From: Candidatus Latescibacterota bacterium
GTDB taxonomy: Bacteria > Latescibacterota > CBDEFO01
Assembly (NCBI GenBank): GCA_965237525.1
Contig: CBDEFO010000007.1
Coordinates: 320,001-384,000, forward strand
DNA length: 64,000 nucleotides
Reading direction: 5' to 3'
The notes below the pieces were generated by a model. That model did no database searches. It was not told the origin of the DNA and saw nothing but the letters and a program-made list of their open reading frames with translations. How positions within the stretch are numbered: position 1 is the stretch's first letter; each line of letters opens with the position of its first letter. Positions 11,978 to 21,760 of this stretch are shown in pieces. A program made the position numbers and the translations under genes.

Positions 11978-13378
11978 ATGGCTGAAGTTTCATATGAAAG
12001 GGTAATGCCTCAGGCTGTGGATGTAGAGACTGCGGTGTTAGGGGCGATGCTGATCGATAAAGGGGCGATTGCGAAGGTTATTGAGATTCTGGCTGAAGAC
12101 TCCTTCTACAGGGACGCTCACAGGAAGATATATTCTACGCTGGTATCTCTCTTTGAAAGGGATGAAGAGGCAGATCAGATCACGGTCTCCGAGGAGTTGA
12201 GAAGAAGGGGTCAGCTTGAGGAGGTAGGAGGAGCGTATTATCTCGCGACACTGGCGGGAGATGTGGCGACTTCAGCCAACGTTGAATATCACGCTAAGAT
12301 CGTTTTAAACAAAGCCTTATTAAGAAAGCTTATAACCTTTTCGACCCAGATAACCAGTGAGTCTTATGAGGATGGGGGGGATGTGCGCGAATTGATCGAC
12401 AGGGCTGAGGAGAGGATATTCAGTCTGTCGGAAAAATTGATGAATCTCCGAACAGGATTCACAGCAATAGAGAACATTCTGCACGAGGAGTTTGATGAGC
12501 TTGAGAAGGCGCATAAAAGGACAGATTATCTGCCGGGATTGCGGTCAGGCTACCGTGAGCTTGACGATATGACGGCTGGGTTTCAAAGGGGAGATCTTAT
12601 TATTGTAGCGGGCCGCCCCTCTATGGGTAAGACCGCCCTCGGGCTCTGTGTGGCTCGAAATGTAGCTGTGGACAGGCAAGTAGGTGTCGGGATATTCAGC
12701 CTTGAGATGTCCGGGAGCCAGTTGGTTCAAAGGCTTATGTGTGCCGAGGCGAGTGTAGATTCACAAAAGCTGAGGACGGGGGGATTGAGGGATGATGAAT
12801 GGAATCGCTTGGCTAGAAATGTGGGTAAGCTTGCCGAGGCTCCTCTTTATATAGATGATACTCCTTCGATCAATGTCTTAGCGATGAAGGCAAAGACACG
12901 GAGGCTACTATCTGAGCACAGTGTCGGTTTAGTCATAGTGGATTATCTCCAGTTAATGTCATTTCACATGAGATCCGAGAACAGGCAGCAGGAGATTTCT
13001 TATATATCCAGGTCTTTAAAGTCTATGGCAAAAGAGCTGCGCATTCCTGTAATAGCTATATCACAGCTTTCACGGGCGGTGGAGCTGAGGGGGGGGGACA
13101 GGAGACCGCAGCTGTCGGATTTAAGAGAAAGCGGCGCTATCGAGCAGGACGCAGATGTGGTGATGTTCGTCTATCACCCGTCGATGTATGACGAGAAGGA
13201 TGAAGAGGGGAATCCGATAGAAGAAGGCGTGGCGGAGATTATTATCCGCAAGCAGAGGAACGGTCCCACAGGGACAGTGAAGCTCTCATGGGTGGATAAA
13301 TATGCGGCGTTCCGGGAATTGGAAACTGACAGGCAGGAGAGTGATATGCCCGACTGGGAGGTTGAAAGTGTTGACTAA
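11978..13378 (+). CDS. dnaB: Replicative DNA helicase
   Basis: GRPSMGKT, VDYLQL, SQLSR, DLRESGAIEQDAD, KQRNGPTG. Confidence 0.97.
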   Translation: MAEVSYERVMPQAVDVETAVLGAMLIDKGAIAKVIEILAEDSFYRDAHRKIYSTLVSLFERDEEADQITVSEELRRRGQLEEVGGAYYLATLAGDVATSANVEYHAKIVLNKALLRKLITFSTQITSESYEDGGDVRELIDRAEERIFSLSEKLMNLRTGFTAIENILHEEFDELEKAHKRTDYLPGLRSGYRELDDMTAGFQRGDLIIVAGRPSMGKTALGLCVARNVAVDRQVGVGIFSLEMSGSQLVQRLMCAEASVDSQKLRTGGLRDDEWNRLARNVGKLAEAPLYIDDTPSINVLAMKAKTRRLLSEHSVGLVIVDYLQLMSFHMRSENRQQEISYISRSLKSMAKELRIPVIAISQLSRAVELRGGDRRPQLSDLRESGAIEQDADVVMFVYHPSMYDEKDEEGNPIEEGVAEIIIRKQRNGPTGTVKLSWVDKYAAFRELETDRQESDMPDWEVESVD

Positions 13379-14756
13379 AGCAGGGTTCATCTTCAAGATC
13401 ACTTTAGTGATAATGAGCGTCTTTCTTTGGAACTTAAAGGGGATTTGTCAGCCTCTGGATAGAGGGAAAACGGAGGCGGGTATATCGCTTGGGAGTGTGG
13501 CAGTGGACGACGAGCAGTGGTTCAGGTTTAACCTAAGACCGGAGTTTTCTTACAAGAAGTTTGGGATAGGACTCGATTTGGAACTCTTTATGGATAGCGA
13601 CGGGGATTTTTCAGATAAGTCGTGGGACTTTGAATCTGGGTCGAAATCGCTCAATAGCGTTCTGAGAAAGATATATTACATCAGATACGGCGATCCGGGC
13701 GAGAGAGTTCACATAAGACTGGGCGCACTGGAAGACGTGTCTTTAGGATATGGGTTCATAATGGAGGGTTACAGGAACACCTTGAGGTATCCAGGCGTCA
13801 AGAAGACGGGGATCCAGTTGGAGTTGAGGGGGCTATCAAGTTCCCAATTCGGACTAGAGTTTGTGTTGAACGATTTTCAGGATTTGGATCGAAAGGGGGG
13901 GCTTCTGGGAGGTCGCGTGGCGGTCAAGCCGTCAATTGGGGATTTAGAGGCGGGCTTTACGTTTGTTATGGATATAAATCAATACGGTGGATTGGGTCTT
14001 TCAGACGGATCTTTCCCGGCGGATACTCTCTCTGCAGATGCTTTCGGGATGTGGGGGATAGACTTAGGTTATCCTTTAGTTGAGCGCAAAAATCTGAATT
14101 TGGCAGTCTACGGTCAGTATGCGCGAAACGTGGACGATGTAGATGAAAACGGAGATACTATAGATACTAAAATGGATACTATAGATACTATAGGATGGGG
14201 TTGGGGGGCACCGGGGATCAGGTTGAAGGCCGGTCCCCTGCTTGCAAAGGTGGAATACAGGCACATTGAGAACAGATTTGAACCTGAGTATTTCAACAGT
14301 CTCTATGAGATCGAAAGGGCAGTTGCAGGCGCGCAGGGTGTGTTTACGAAGGAGGATTCACTCCGAAGTGCGGATCTGGACGGCGTATTTGGAAAGATAA
14401 GCTCAAACTTTTCCGATGTTTTTGGACTGTCTGTAAGTTATCAGAACTTGACAGGAGAAGAGGACGCAGGCGATCAGAGGTTTTTGGCTAGCGCATATGT
14501 CCTGCCTGAGATGTTAGCCCAGATTCCGAGGCTCAACAGAGCACAGGTCTATTATGAAAAGTATAACATAGATACGGATGAAGCTGGGTTTTTGGAAAGG
14601 ACTCCCGATACGCTCTTCGGGTACTTGGTAGGCTTCGACATCGTTGACGGTCTGGGCGTTTTAGTGGACGCAAAATTCTTGCATTCCCTGGATGAGGAGG
14701 GAAAGATCGAAACTGAGGAAGTGTTGAACTTTCAAGCTCACTGGAACTTATTTTAA
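13368..14756 (+). CDS. Exported hypothetical protein, probable outer-membrane beta-barrel
   Basis: Signal-peptide-like N-terminus overlapping dnaB stop, alternating beta-strand pattern, C-terminal Phe. Confidence 0.6.
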   Translation: MLTKAGFIFKITLVIMSVFLWNLKGICQPLDRGKTEAGISLGSVAVDDEQWFRFNLRPEFSYKKFGIGLDLELFMDSDGDFSDKSWDFESGSKSLNSVLRKIYYIRYGDPGERVHIRLGALEDVSLGYGFIMEGYRNTLRYPGVKKTGIQLELRGLSSSQFGLEFVLNDFQDLDRKGGLLGGRVAVKPSIGDLEAGFTFVMDINQYGGLGLSDGSFPADTLSADAFGMWGIDLGYPLVERKNLNLAVYGQYARNVDDVDENGDTIDTKMDTIDTIGWGWGAPGIRLKAGPLLAKVEYRHIENRFEPEYFNSLYEIERAVAGAQGVFTKEDSLRSADLDGVFGKISSNFSDVFGLSVSYQNLTGEEDAGDQRFLASAYVLPEMLAQIPRLNRAQVYYEKYNIDTDEAGFLERTPDTLFGYLVGFDIVDGLGVLVDAKFLHSLDEEGKIETEEVLNFQAHWNLF

Positions 14757-15447
14757 AGACATTTGTGGGCGCGAACCGGTGTTGAAGTAGTGAGGAGATG
14801 GTGGGACAAGCCATCCCCGATAGATTCAATCGGGGAAGTGGTTAGCCCATTTATCCCTATCTTCAGGGCAGACCCGTGGGTCTGCCCCTGCTAATTTTAG
14901 GCCGATCTGAGCATAAGAGCCGGAAGTAGGATAGTGGACGTTGCAGCTCTTGCTTACAAAGAATTTAAAACGATCTTCCAAGGTAGGACGAATGAAGGGT
15001 ATGGGCGATTATAAGCATGACTACGATTGTGGTTTTGAGGGCCAAAAGATACCGACATGTTGGGTTGTAGTGAGAGGTAGTTACTATTCCTCGAATGAAG
15101 GCGCTGAATAGTCCTGTACATATGAGTATCTATATGGCTATCCATCCGAATCTTCTGAAGCGTTGTGTAATGTCATGAAGTGCGCGGTCATTCTGAGGAT
15201 TGGATGAGATCTTCTTTGAGGTCGGTGTGATCCGGCAAAGAGGAAGATGGTTCGTCCTGTCCAGAAGAGGACGGATAAGAGATGACTGAAAGTTTGAACA
15301 TCCCGAATCTGAGCAAATCTCTCTCCGAATAAGTAGACAGCTTACGAATAAGTAGACAGCTTACGGGAATAGATTGCTTCGCAGATCCTTTGCTTTGCTC
15401 TGTGCTAAAGGCTCTGCGCTTTCCCGCTAGATCAAGAGCAGGTCTGT

Positions 15448-15807
15448 CTACTGCCTTAAGTATCTTCTTAGCATATCCATCAGTTTTGAGTTTCCAAGAC
15501 TTTCGGCTATCTCGGCGTGCTTCCAGGCCAGGTCGTATTGTTCCTGGATGGCGTAGATTTCACCGAGGTTCTTGTGAGCTTTGGCATTTTTGGGATCGAT
15601 TTGAATAGCTTTCTTGTAGGACTCTATGGCCTCCTGAACTTTGCCCTGGCTGTAGTGGAGAATACCCAGGTTGTAGTGTCCCTCGGAAAATTCTGGGTAT
15701 GATTCGCCCACTTTTTTCTGCGCTTCTACAGCGTCGCTTACATCTTTGTCAAGCGCGAACTCAGAAAGCCACCGGAAGACACCCTTTTTTCTATGTGATC
15801 TATCCAC
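15448..15807 (-). CDS. Tetratricopeptide repeat protein
   Basis: HYNLGILHYSQGKVQEAIESYKKAIQIDPKNAKAHKNLG. Confidence 0.85.
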   Translation of the reverse strand: MDRSHRKKGVFRWLSEFALDKDVSDAVEAQKKVGESYPEFSEGHYNLGILHYSQGKVQEAIESYKKAIQIDPKNAKAHKNLGEIYAIQEQYDLAWKHAEIAESLGNSKLMDMLRRYLRQ

Positions 15808-16447
15808 TATATTCCTGGCCTCTTACTCCAAGGTTCAGGTCTCTGTGAAATATATCACGGGATTCAACAAAGAACCTGAAGTATTTTGCAGTCTCTTTCT
15901 GAATTGGATCTGAATTGATCTGAATTAATTCATCCTGAAATGGGTCCTGAAGTTTTAGATCGTCCGGAGTTCTCCTCTCTAAAGTGGAGGCGACAGAGGA
16001 AGACGCTCTCTGTTCTCGGTTGATTGCAGCCATCATTTCCTCTATATAACCTTCGAGTCTGATAACTTCTTCAGCCTTGAATTCTACAATTTCGTCAGCG
16101 TATCTGTTTAACTTTTCCAAAATCGCGTATAGTCGGTCGCAGGTGTGCTTGTATTCTTCGAAAAGCGGCACGTAGGCTCCGAAGTGCTCTTCTTCATATT
16201 GGTCTACTGTTATTTTGTCCCGGAATCTGTCGTTGAAGTGCTTCCAGCGGTCGAGGACTATGGGGGCTCTGTTTCGCGCTCTGTCAAGAGTTGATTCCCA
16301 GCCGAAGGCGCTCGCTCTGTCCACCTTTTCAAGTCGCTTGGCGAAGTCTCTTACCGTGTAGAGTTCCATAATAAATACATTTACGAAGGCATGCATACAG
16401 CCTAAATATTCTGTAAGGGATATTTTATGCTCTTGCCCTATGTCCAA
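15800..16447 (-). CDS. Hypothetical helical protein
   Basis: 215-aa ORF with RBS, overlapping the TPR gene; operon context. Confidence 0.65.
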   Translation of the reverse strand: MDIGQEHKISLTEYLGCMHAFVNVFIMELYTVRDFAKRLEKVDRASAFGWESTLDRARNRAPIVLDRWKHFNDRFRDKITVDQYEEEHFGAYVPLFEEYKHTCDRLYAILEKLNRYADEIVEFKAEEVIRLEGYIEEMMAAINREQRASSSVASTLERRTPDDLKLQDPFQDELIQINSDPIQKETAKYFRFFVESRDIFHRDLNLGVRGQEYSG

Positions 16448-16460
16448 AGTATTCCTCCGT

Positions 16461-17117
16461 TTAGAGTTCCCTGGGTTTGGAAAGACTCAATTTTAGCATC
16501 TCATCGTAGTCGAATAGGATAGCCTCAGCGATGGTCGTCACTTTGTTCGCGGGATTTAAAGCCTCGTTGACGCTTGTCTTGAGCTCCATCCAGTGTTCCC
16601 ATATTTCGGTCTGTCTTTCTATAAGTTCTTGGTCTTTGATCTCCCGTCCTGGTTCAAAGTTGAGTTCGCAGGCGTAGAGTCGTTCTGGGGTAGTCGGATC
16701 GTACAAGGGGATACCGTACTTGCGGCATATTAGCGGTCGTGATTCGTAGATGGAGCAGGCGTCGTTCACAAGGGCTGGGCAGGGGAGTCTGAGTCCGAGC
16801 GATGAGATCTCTTCACCGTTGTCTACAAGAAGCGCGCCGGATTCTTCGGCTCTTTGACGGATTAGGTCTTTTTTTTCACGCAGATAGATAGTTGCTCTTT
16901 CTTGCATCTTGTTGCGGGCAGAAGTATCTAATCTTTTGACAGCGCGCGAGACCAGGGCTGCGTCGATGAGCGTGATCCTGAACATCTGACTGCAGCAGGA
17001 TGAGCATCCTTTGCCACACAGTATCTGGTCCTGATAGATGCGAAGATTACGGTCAAACTCCTGTTCTACAAGACCTACGATGAATCTATATTTTTCAAAT
17101 ACTTCTTTTGTATTCAT
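16461..17117 (-). CDS. YkgJ-family (CxxxCxxCC) Fe/Zn cysteine-cluster protein
   Basis: CGKGCSSCC, CPAL, CSIYESRPLICR. Confidence 0.85.
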   Translation of the reverse strand: MNTKEVFEKYRFIVGLVEQEFDRNLRIYQDQILCGKGCSSCCSQMFRITLIDAALVSRAVKRLDTSARNKMQERATIYLREKKDLIRQRAEESGALLVDNGEEISSLGLRLPCPALVNDACSIYESRPLICRKYGIPLYDPTTPERLYACELNFEPGREIKDQELIERQTEIWEHWMELKTSVNEALNPANKVTTIAEAILFDYDEMLKLSLSKPREL

Positions 17118-17278
17118 AAACTGAGTACCAAGGAAGGAATCTTCTATTTGTCAGAATTTACAATGAAAAATGCCGAAAGAACAAGCTTTCTTCCGGCACA
17201 AATTTGTAGGAGGCAGAGCCGTCTGTCTGCCTTGAGTTGCGCGGACACATGGGTACGCGCCTACTGTTTACTGCCTAT

Positions 17279-17755
17279 TTATTTTAAGGAAATATCGTGC
17301 AGTTCGCTATCCTTTTGCGGGTGATTCTGAGCTTCGGGGGTCTCGCTTCCGTCCAAAAGACCGTTCAGTGCCTCCAAAAGGGCATCTATATCGACTCCGT
17401 AGCCTTCAGCCGCGGGGCCCAGAACATGCTGTTCAGTGATGCTGCAGCTGGAACATCCGCCCAGATGAAAGTTGGACATAACTACTTCTGCGTTGGTATG
17501 GAGCCGTAAGGCTTCAGCGACGGTCATGTCTTTGTGAAATATGGCATCTCCGTTGAGCTTTCTGAACTCCTTCTTTATCATACTGCCCATCTGTTGCTTC
17601 ATATCTTCGCTGGAGACATTTACGTGCCTTCGAACACCATCTATAGAATCTTTTATAAATTCCAGCTCTTCTTTCAGCTTAGACGCGCCTCTCAGATTGA
17701 TCACGTAAAGTGTAAGAAGGACTGTCAAGCCTCCGTAAAGGACTACGCTTTCCAT
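17279..17755 (-). CDS. Membrane-anchored protein with C-terminal CxxC (DUF1858-like redox) domain
   Basis: N-terminal TM helix, coiled coil, DMTVAEAL...FHLGGCSSC...GVDIDALLEALN. Confidence 0.65.
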   Translation of the reverse strand: MESVVLYGGLTVLLTLYVINLRGASKLKEELEFIKDSIDGVRRHVNVSSEDMKQQMGSMIKKEFRKLNGDAIFHKDMTVAEALRLHTNAEVVMSNFHLGGCSSCSITEQHVLGPAAEGYGVDIDALLEALNGLLDGSETPEAQNHPQKDSELHDISLK

Positions 17756-17811
17756 AGTTGCACCACCTTTTTAGTCTGCTAGACAGGGGGCAAGGCGCCT
17801 GTCTACTTGGT

Positions 17812-18090
17812 CTAAGGTATATATTCTGCTAATTCGCTATCAACATCCTTAGGGTCTACTTCCTCACCGTTGTTGAGCCTTTCTATTATGCGTTCTATTA
17901 TCCTTTTGGCTTCTTCCTTTTTAAACTCTTTGATAAAGCCGTTGTAGAAGTGTTCGCCGGCCATGGCTCTGTTTATCTCTGTTTCTTTATCGTGATCGTC
18001 TAACTCCGTGTAATAGACGACGTCGTATCCTCTTTCGTGATACCCTCCCTCTTTGTAGATTTCGAACATGATCCTCTCAGATTCTAGCAT
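17812..18090 (-). CDS. Small acidic hypothetical protein
   Basis: 92-aa ORF with AGGAG RBS directly after the activase gene. Confidence 0.7.
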   Translation of the reverse strand: MLESERIMFEIYKEGGYHERGYDVVYYTELDDHDKETEINRAMAGEHFYNGFIKEFKKEEAKRIIERIIERLNNGEEVDPKDVDSELAEYIP

Positions 18091-18153
18091 ACTTCTACTC
18101 CTTATCAGATGCCGCTCAAGTTGAAAGCCTGAGCGACATCTTTTCTACAGATA

Positions 18154-21100
18154 CTATGCGGTTACGAGTTCTCCCTCTTTTTGGGTTACCTCGACTCCAT
18201 CGAGGGTTCCCTTTTCTGTCAATTCCCGTCTGAGTCGGTCTTCGAACTCTTTCAGCCTATCCTCGATCTTTGCCGTCTTCTCTTTTTCACGGACCATGTC
18301 CTCCATGTATCTCTTGAGGAAGTAATCGATTGTCTCAACCCTGATCTTGATAGATCCTGCGGGTTTATTTTCATCGATGTCCTTAAACGAAAAAGAGGGC
18401 GTTCCGGAGTCTTCGACGATCTCTTCTACTACTGTGTAGATAGGAGCGTCGTGTCCACATTTGAAGCTGGAGAGTTCTAAAGCGACCAGGTTGGGATGTC
18501 TGGCTGTAAATTTTGCTGCCCAGACCTTGCGGCTCGTGTTCTCGCTGTAGGAGTTCTTCCAGGCGTCGGAGATGTCCAACGGATGGGATATTATGCCCTG
18601 TTCAACCTCTTCTCCGAAGAGTTCCCAAAGGATGTCATCGTCTATGGGAAGTGAGTCCTCGGCGAAGACAGGATATCCGAGCTTTTGGAACTCCTCCATT
18701 ATTTCGTGATTTATTCCTGGATCGTTGTGGTATGGACGTCCCAGCAGGACTATACCGAGCTTGTCTTCGGCTTTGAGCATATCGAGGACTTCTCTTCCTT
18801 TGCCTCTCTGAACTACATTATTGAAGTGATCTAAAGCCTTGTAGCCCTCCTCGACAGCTCTTCTGTTCTCCTCTTTGGAGAGTCCGAACTTGGGTCCGAA
18901 CTCCTCGAACATCTGCTTCTGGAAGAGCTTGGGTTCGTCTATGGTGACGAACGTATCCAGGTATTCGATTCCCATTTTTTCGAAGAGGTTGCCCTCTTTG
19001 ATGAATGCGGCTTTGACCGCCTCAGGCGTGGTTGTGACTGTGGGACACGCTCTGCTGCTCTGTACGTTGACCAGATCGGTCGGGATGGAGTCTATCATGG
19101 GGAAGAAGATGTAATCCAGCGGCTTCTTCTTGTGATGCACGTACAGGAGGTTATGGACGTGCGGTATAGCTACCTTGCTGGGGAAGCAGGGGTCTATCGA
19201 GCCACGCTTTGCTCCCTCTTTGTACAGTTCCTGTGTGGTGAAATCCGAATAGACGAGGTTCCTGGGAGGGATTCCTATCGCCTCAAAGTATGCGCTAAAG
19301 AGAGGATTCTGGGAGTACATATTCAAAAGGCGGGGTATGCCTATTCTGATCTCCTGGCGCCTTTTCATCTTCCGGAGGTTCTCTTTGGCTTTCGACGTTA
19401 TGGCGTATTTGGGGATCGGGTCTGCCACTATTTCGGGTTTGTAGCTTTTCCAGACCTCTTTTGCGGCTACCTCGACGAGGTTGGGGTTTTGGGCTTTGGC
19501 TTCATCGAGTCCCTGCTTGATTCCCCGCATGTCCTCTATATCTTCGACGAGTCCCTTTTCACAGCTATTTCCCACGATGAGTCTCTTAAAGCCGGTCTCT
19601 ATGGGTACCTTGGATTTTTTGGATCCTGCGTCTTGGACCTCTTCGTCGCTGACCTTTACGTCTATGAATGTCCTGAGGCACTTGTTCTTGCAGAAGAAAC
19701 AGCGGGTGTTCTCGTCTCTGTGGGTCTGGTAAGTGATAGCTTCGACTGCATCCAGACCGATAAATGAAGTCTCTTTTCCGTTCTCCCACAGCCTTACAGC
19801 TTCAATGGCTGAGCCTATTGCTCCGCTCTCTCCGCAGTGCTCGTGGACGATAATTCTGGCTTTTTCCTGCTGGTCTTTGAACCTGGCCTCTATGAAGTCC
19901 ACCTGTGCCTTTACGGCAGCCAGGTTGTACTGTGTGCCGCCCTGAAGGACGAAGTTGGTTCCGAGCTTTGCCAGATTCGGTATCTGTGAGACGTAGAGCC
20001 AGATGTTTTTGGGGAGGACGTTGGCAAGCCCCGCCATTATCTCCTCGGGCTTCCAACCCTGTCTCTGGAAGTCAACTATGTCGGACTGCATGAAGACTGC
20101 GCAACCGTAGCCGAACATGGGCATAGACTCCGCGCCGAAGGCTATATCGGCAAAATCCTCGACGGTAAATCCGAAGCCTTCCGCAGTACCCTGGAGGAAA
20201 TAGCCGTTTCCTGCTGAGCACTGTGTGTTGAGCTTGAAGTCTTTGACCTGGCGGTTCTTGAGGATCATGATCTTGATGTCCTGTCCGCCTACATCGCAGA
20301 TGACGTCAACTTCATCGTAGAACCTGAGGGCGGCTTCAGTGTGTGCGACGGTTTCGACTAACGCTACGTCTGCGGCGACCGCATCTTTCAGGACGTCTTT
20401 TGCGTAACCTGTCGTGCCGACTCCCAGGACCTTTAGCGTTGCTCCCTGCTCCTCAACCTGCTCTCGTACCTTTCCTACGACCTCTATGGTGTCCTCGATG
20501 GGATTTCCCTTTGAAAGCTGGTAGGATTTGACAAGGACGTTTCTGTCCTTGTCCAAAAGGACAGCCTTTGTGGAGGTTGAGCCGCCGTCGATTCCGATGC
20601 AGCCTTCGACGACCTGTCCGGGGGAGAAGGTGGCAGGGATGAACTTTTTCGTCTTATATTTTTCCATGAAAGCCTCAAGTTCATCGGCAGTTTCGCTGAG
20701 TCCCTTTCCTCCCGCCTTCTGCTTCTCCTCAAGACGACCGACGTTCATGTAGTGCTCTAAGTCAGCTGTGCCTTTATAGACGCCTATTTCTGGTTCCTCC
20801 CCTTTTCCGAATTCGACTGCGCCTATGGCGGCGAAGTACTGGGCGTTTTCGGGGACTTTGATGAGGTCTTGAGGGTCTACACCCTCAGGCAGGGGGTAGT
20901 TTCTCTCCTCCCAGACTTTGGGTATGTTGTACTTCCAGGCTTCGGTCATACCTCTTATGAAGGTGTTGGGTCCACCAAGGAGCAGAACTTCTGGCCTTAG
21001 TGTGTTTCCTCTCGTTAAGACGCTTAAGTTTTGTCCTATGATGGCTTCAAAGAGGGACGCCATAATTTCATCTCGGGGAACGCCCGATTTTTGATGGCTG

Positions 21101-21663
21101 TTGACGTCTGTCTCGGCAAAGACGCCGCACTTTCCTGCGACAGGGTGGAGCTTGATGTCGAAGTATCCCTGGTCGCAGAGCTCCTCCGGCGGGATGCGCA
21201 GCTTCGCATTGATCTTGTCTATTACTGCCCCGGTTCCCCCTGCGCATTTGTCGTTCATGCTGGGGATCTTCCTCTTTCTGCCGGTCTCGGGGTCCTCCTG
21301 GAAGATGATGATCTTGGCATCCTGACCTCCGAGCTCTATGACCGATCCTACCTCAGGATGGAGCTTTTCGACGGCCAGGGATACAGCGTTGACTTCCTGG
21401 ACGAACTTTCCACCTATGTAGCCCGCAACCGAGTTACCGCCGCTCCCTGTTATAAAGATTCGATAATTCTCCGTAGGGAGTCCAAACTCGCCCTCTATTC
21501 GATCTAAGAACTCCATCACCTTTTCCGGCTGTCTGGTATCGTGCCGCTGGTAGTCCTTCAAGAGGATTTCGTCTGTGTCCGGGTTGACTACGATGAATTT
21601 TACGGTGGTGGATCCTACGTCCAGTCCGATCATCAAGCTATCTATAGTATTTTCCGCGCTCAT
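18154..21663 (-). CDS. BadF/BadG/BcrA/BcrD double-ATPase acyl-CoA dehydratase activase fused to a DUF2229-type domain (PlsA/Ger-like)
   Basis: Two ASKHA ATPase domains (GLDVGSTT...ELGGQDAK...MNDKCAGGTG; GIDGGSTST...DVGGQDIK...CSAGNG), CxxCxNxC linker, DPCFPSK, SFKCGHD. Confidence 0.88.
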   Translation of the reverse strand: MSAENTIDSLMIGLDVGSTTVKFIVVNPDTDEILLKDYQRHDTRQPEKVMEFLDRIEGEFGLPTENYRIFITGSGGNSVAGYIGGKFVQEVNAVSLAVEKLHPEVGSVIELGGQDAKIIIFQEDPETGRKRKIPSMNDKCAGGTGAVIDKINAKLRIPPEELCDQGYFDIKLHPVAGKCGVFAETDVNSHQKSGVPRDEIMASLFEAIIGQNLSVLTRGNTLRPEVLLLGGPNTFIRGMTEAWKYNIPKVWEERNYPLPEGVDPQDLIKVPENAQYFAAIGAVEFGKGEEPEIGVYKGTADLEHYMNVGRLEEKQKAGGKGLSETADELEAFMEKYKTKKFIPATFSPGQVVEGCIGIDGGSTSTKAVLLDKDRNVLVKSYQLSKGNPIEDTIEVVGKVREQVEEQGATLKVLGVGTTGYAKDVLKDAVAADVALVETVAHTEAALRFYDEVDVICDVGGQDIKIMILKNRQVKDFKLNTQCSAGNGYFLQGTAEGFGFTVEDFADIAFGAESMPMFGYGCAVFMQSDIVDFQRQGWKPEEIMAGLANVLPKNIWLYVSQIPNLAKLGTNFVLQGGTQYNLAAVKAQVDFIEARFKDQQEKARIIVHEHCGESGAIGSAIEAVRLWENGKETSFIGLDAVEAITYQTHRDENTRCFFCKNKCLRTFIDVKVSDEEVQDAGSKKSKVPIETGFKRLIVGNSCEKGLVEDIEDMRGIKQGLDEAKAQNPNLVEVAAKEVWKSYKPEIVADPIPKYAITSKAKENLRKMKRRQEIRIGIPRLLNMYSQNPLFSAYFEAIGIPPRNLVYSDFTTQELYKEGAKRGSIDPCFPSKVAIPHVHNLLYVHHKKKPLDYIFFPMIDSIPTDLVNVQSSRACPTVTTTPEAVKAAFIKEGNLFEKMGIEYLDTFVTIDEPKLFQKQMFEEFGPKFGLSKEENRRAVEEGYKALDHFNNVVQRGKGREVLDMLKAEDKLGIVLLGRPYHNDPGINHEIMEEFQKLGYPVFAEDSLPIDDDILWELFGEEVEQGIISHPLDISDAWKNSYSENTSRKVWAAKFTARHPNLVALELSSFKCGHDAPIYTVVEEIVEDSGTPSFSFKDIDENKPAGSIKIRVETIDYFLKRYMEDMVREKEKTAKIEDRLKEFEDRLRRELTEKGTLDGVEVTQKEGELVTA

Positions 21664-21760
21664 ATATATCCGCTCCTATGGGTATTTATAGCTAAACATA
21701 GCCAATCGTTTCAAGGAGGAGGAACCGGGGTTTTCCCCTGGCTCCTCCTGTAAGTTCTCC

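Noticed and set aside
15100..15320. Degraded GIY-YIG nuclease next to a palindromic repeat
   Set aside because: Only a faint TESLN..NLS resemblance; no recognisable catalytic motif
15326..15365. Possible mini CRISPR array (also 23552-23614)
   Set aside because: Head-to-tail tandem repeats with no spacers and no cas genes
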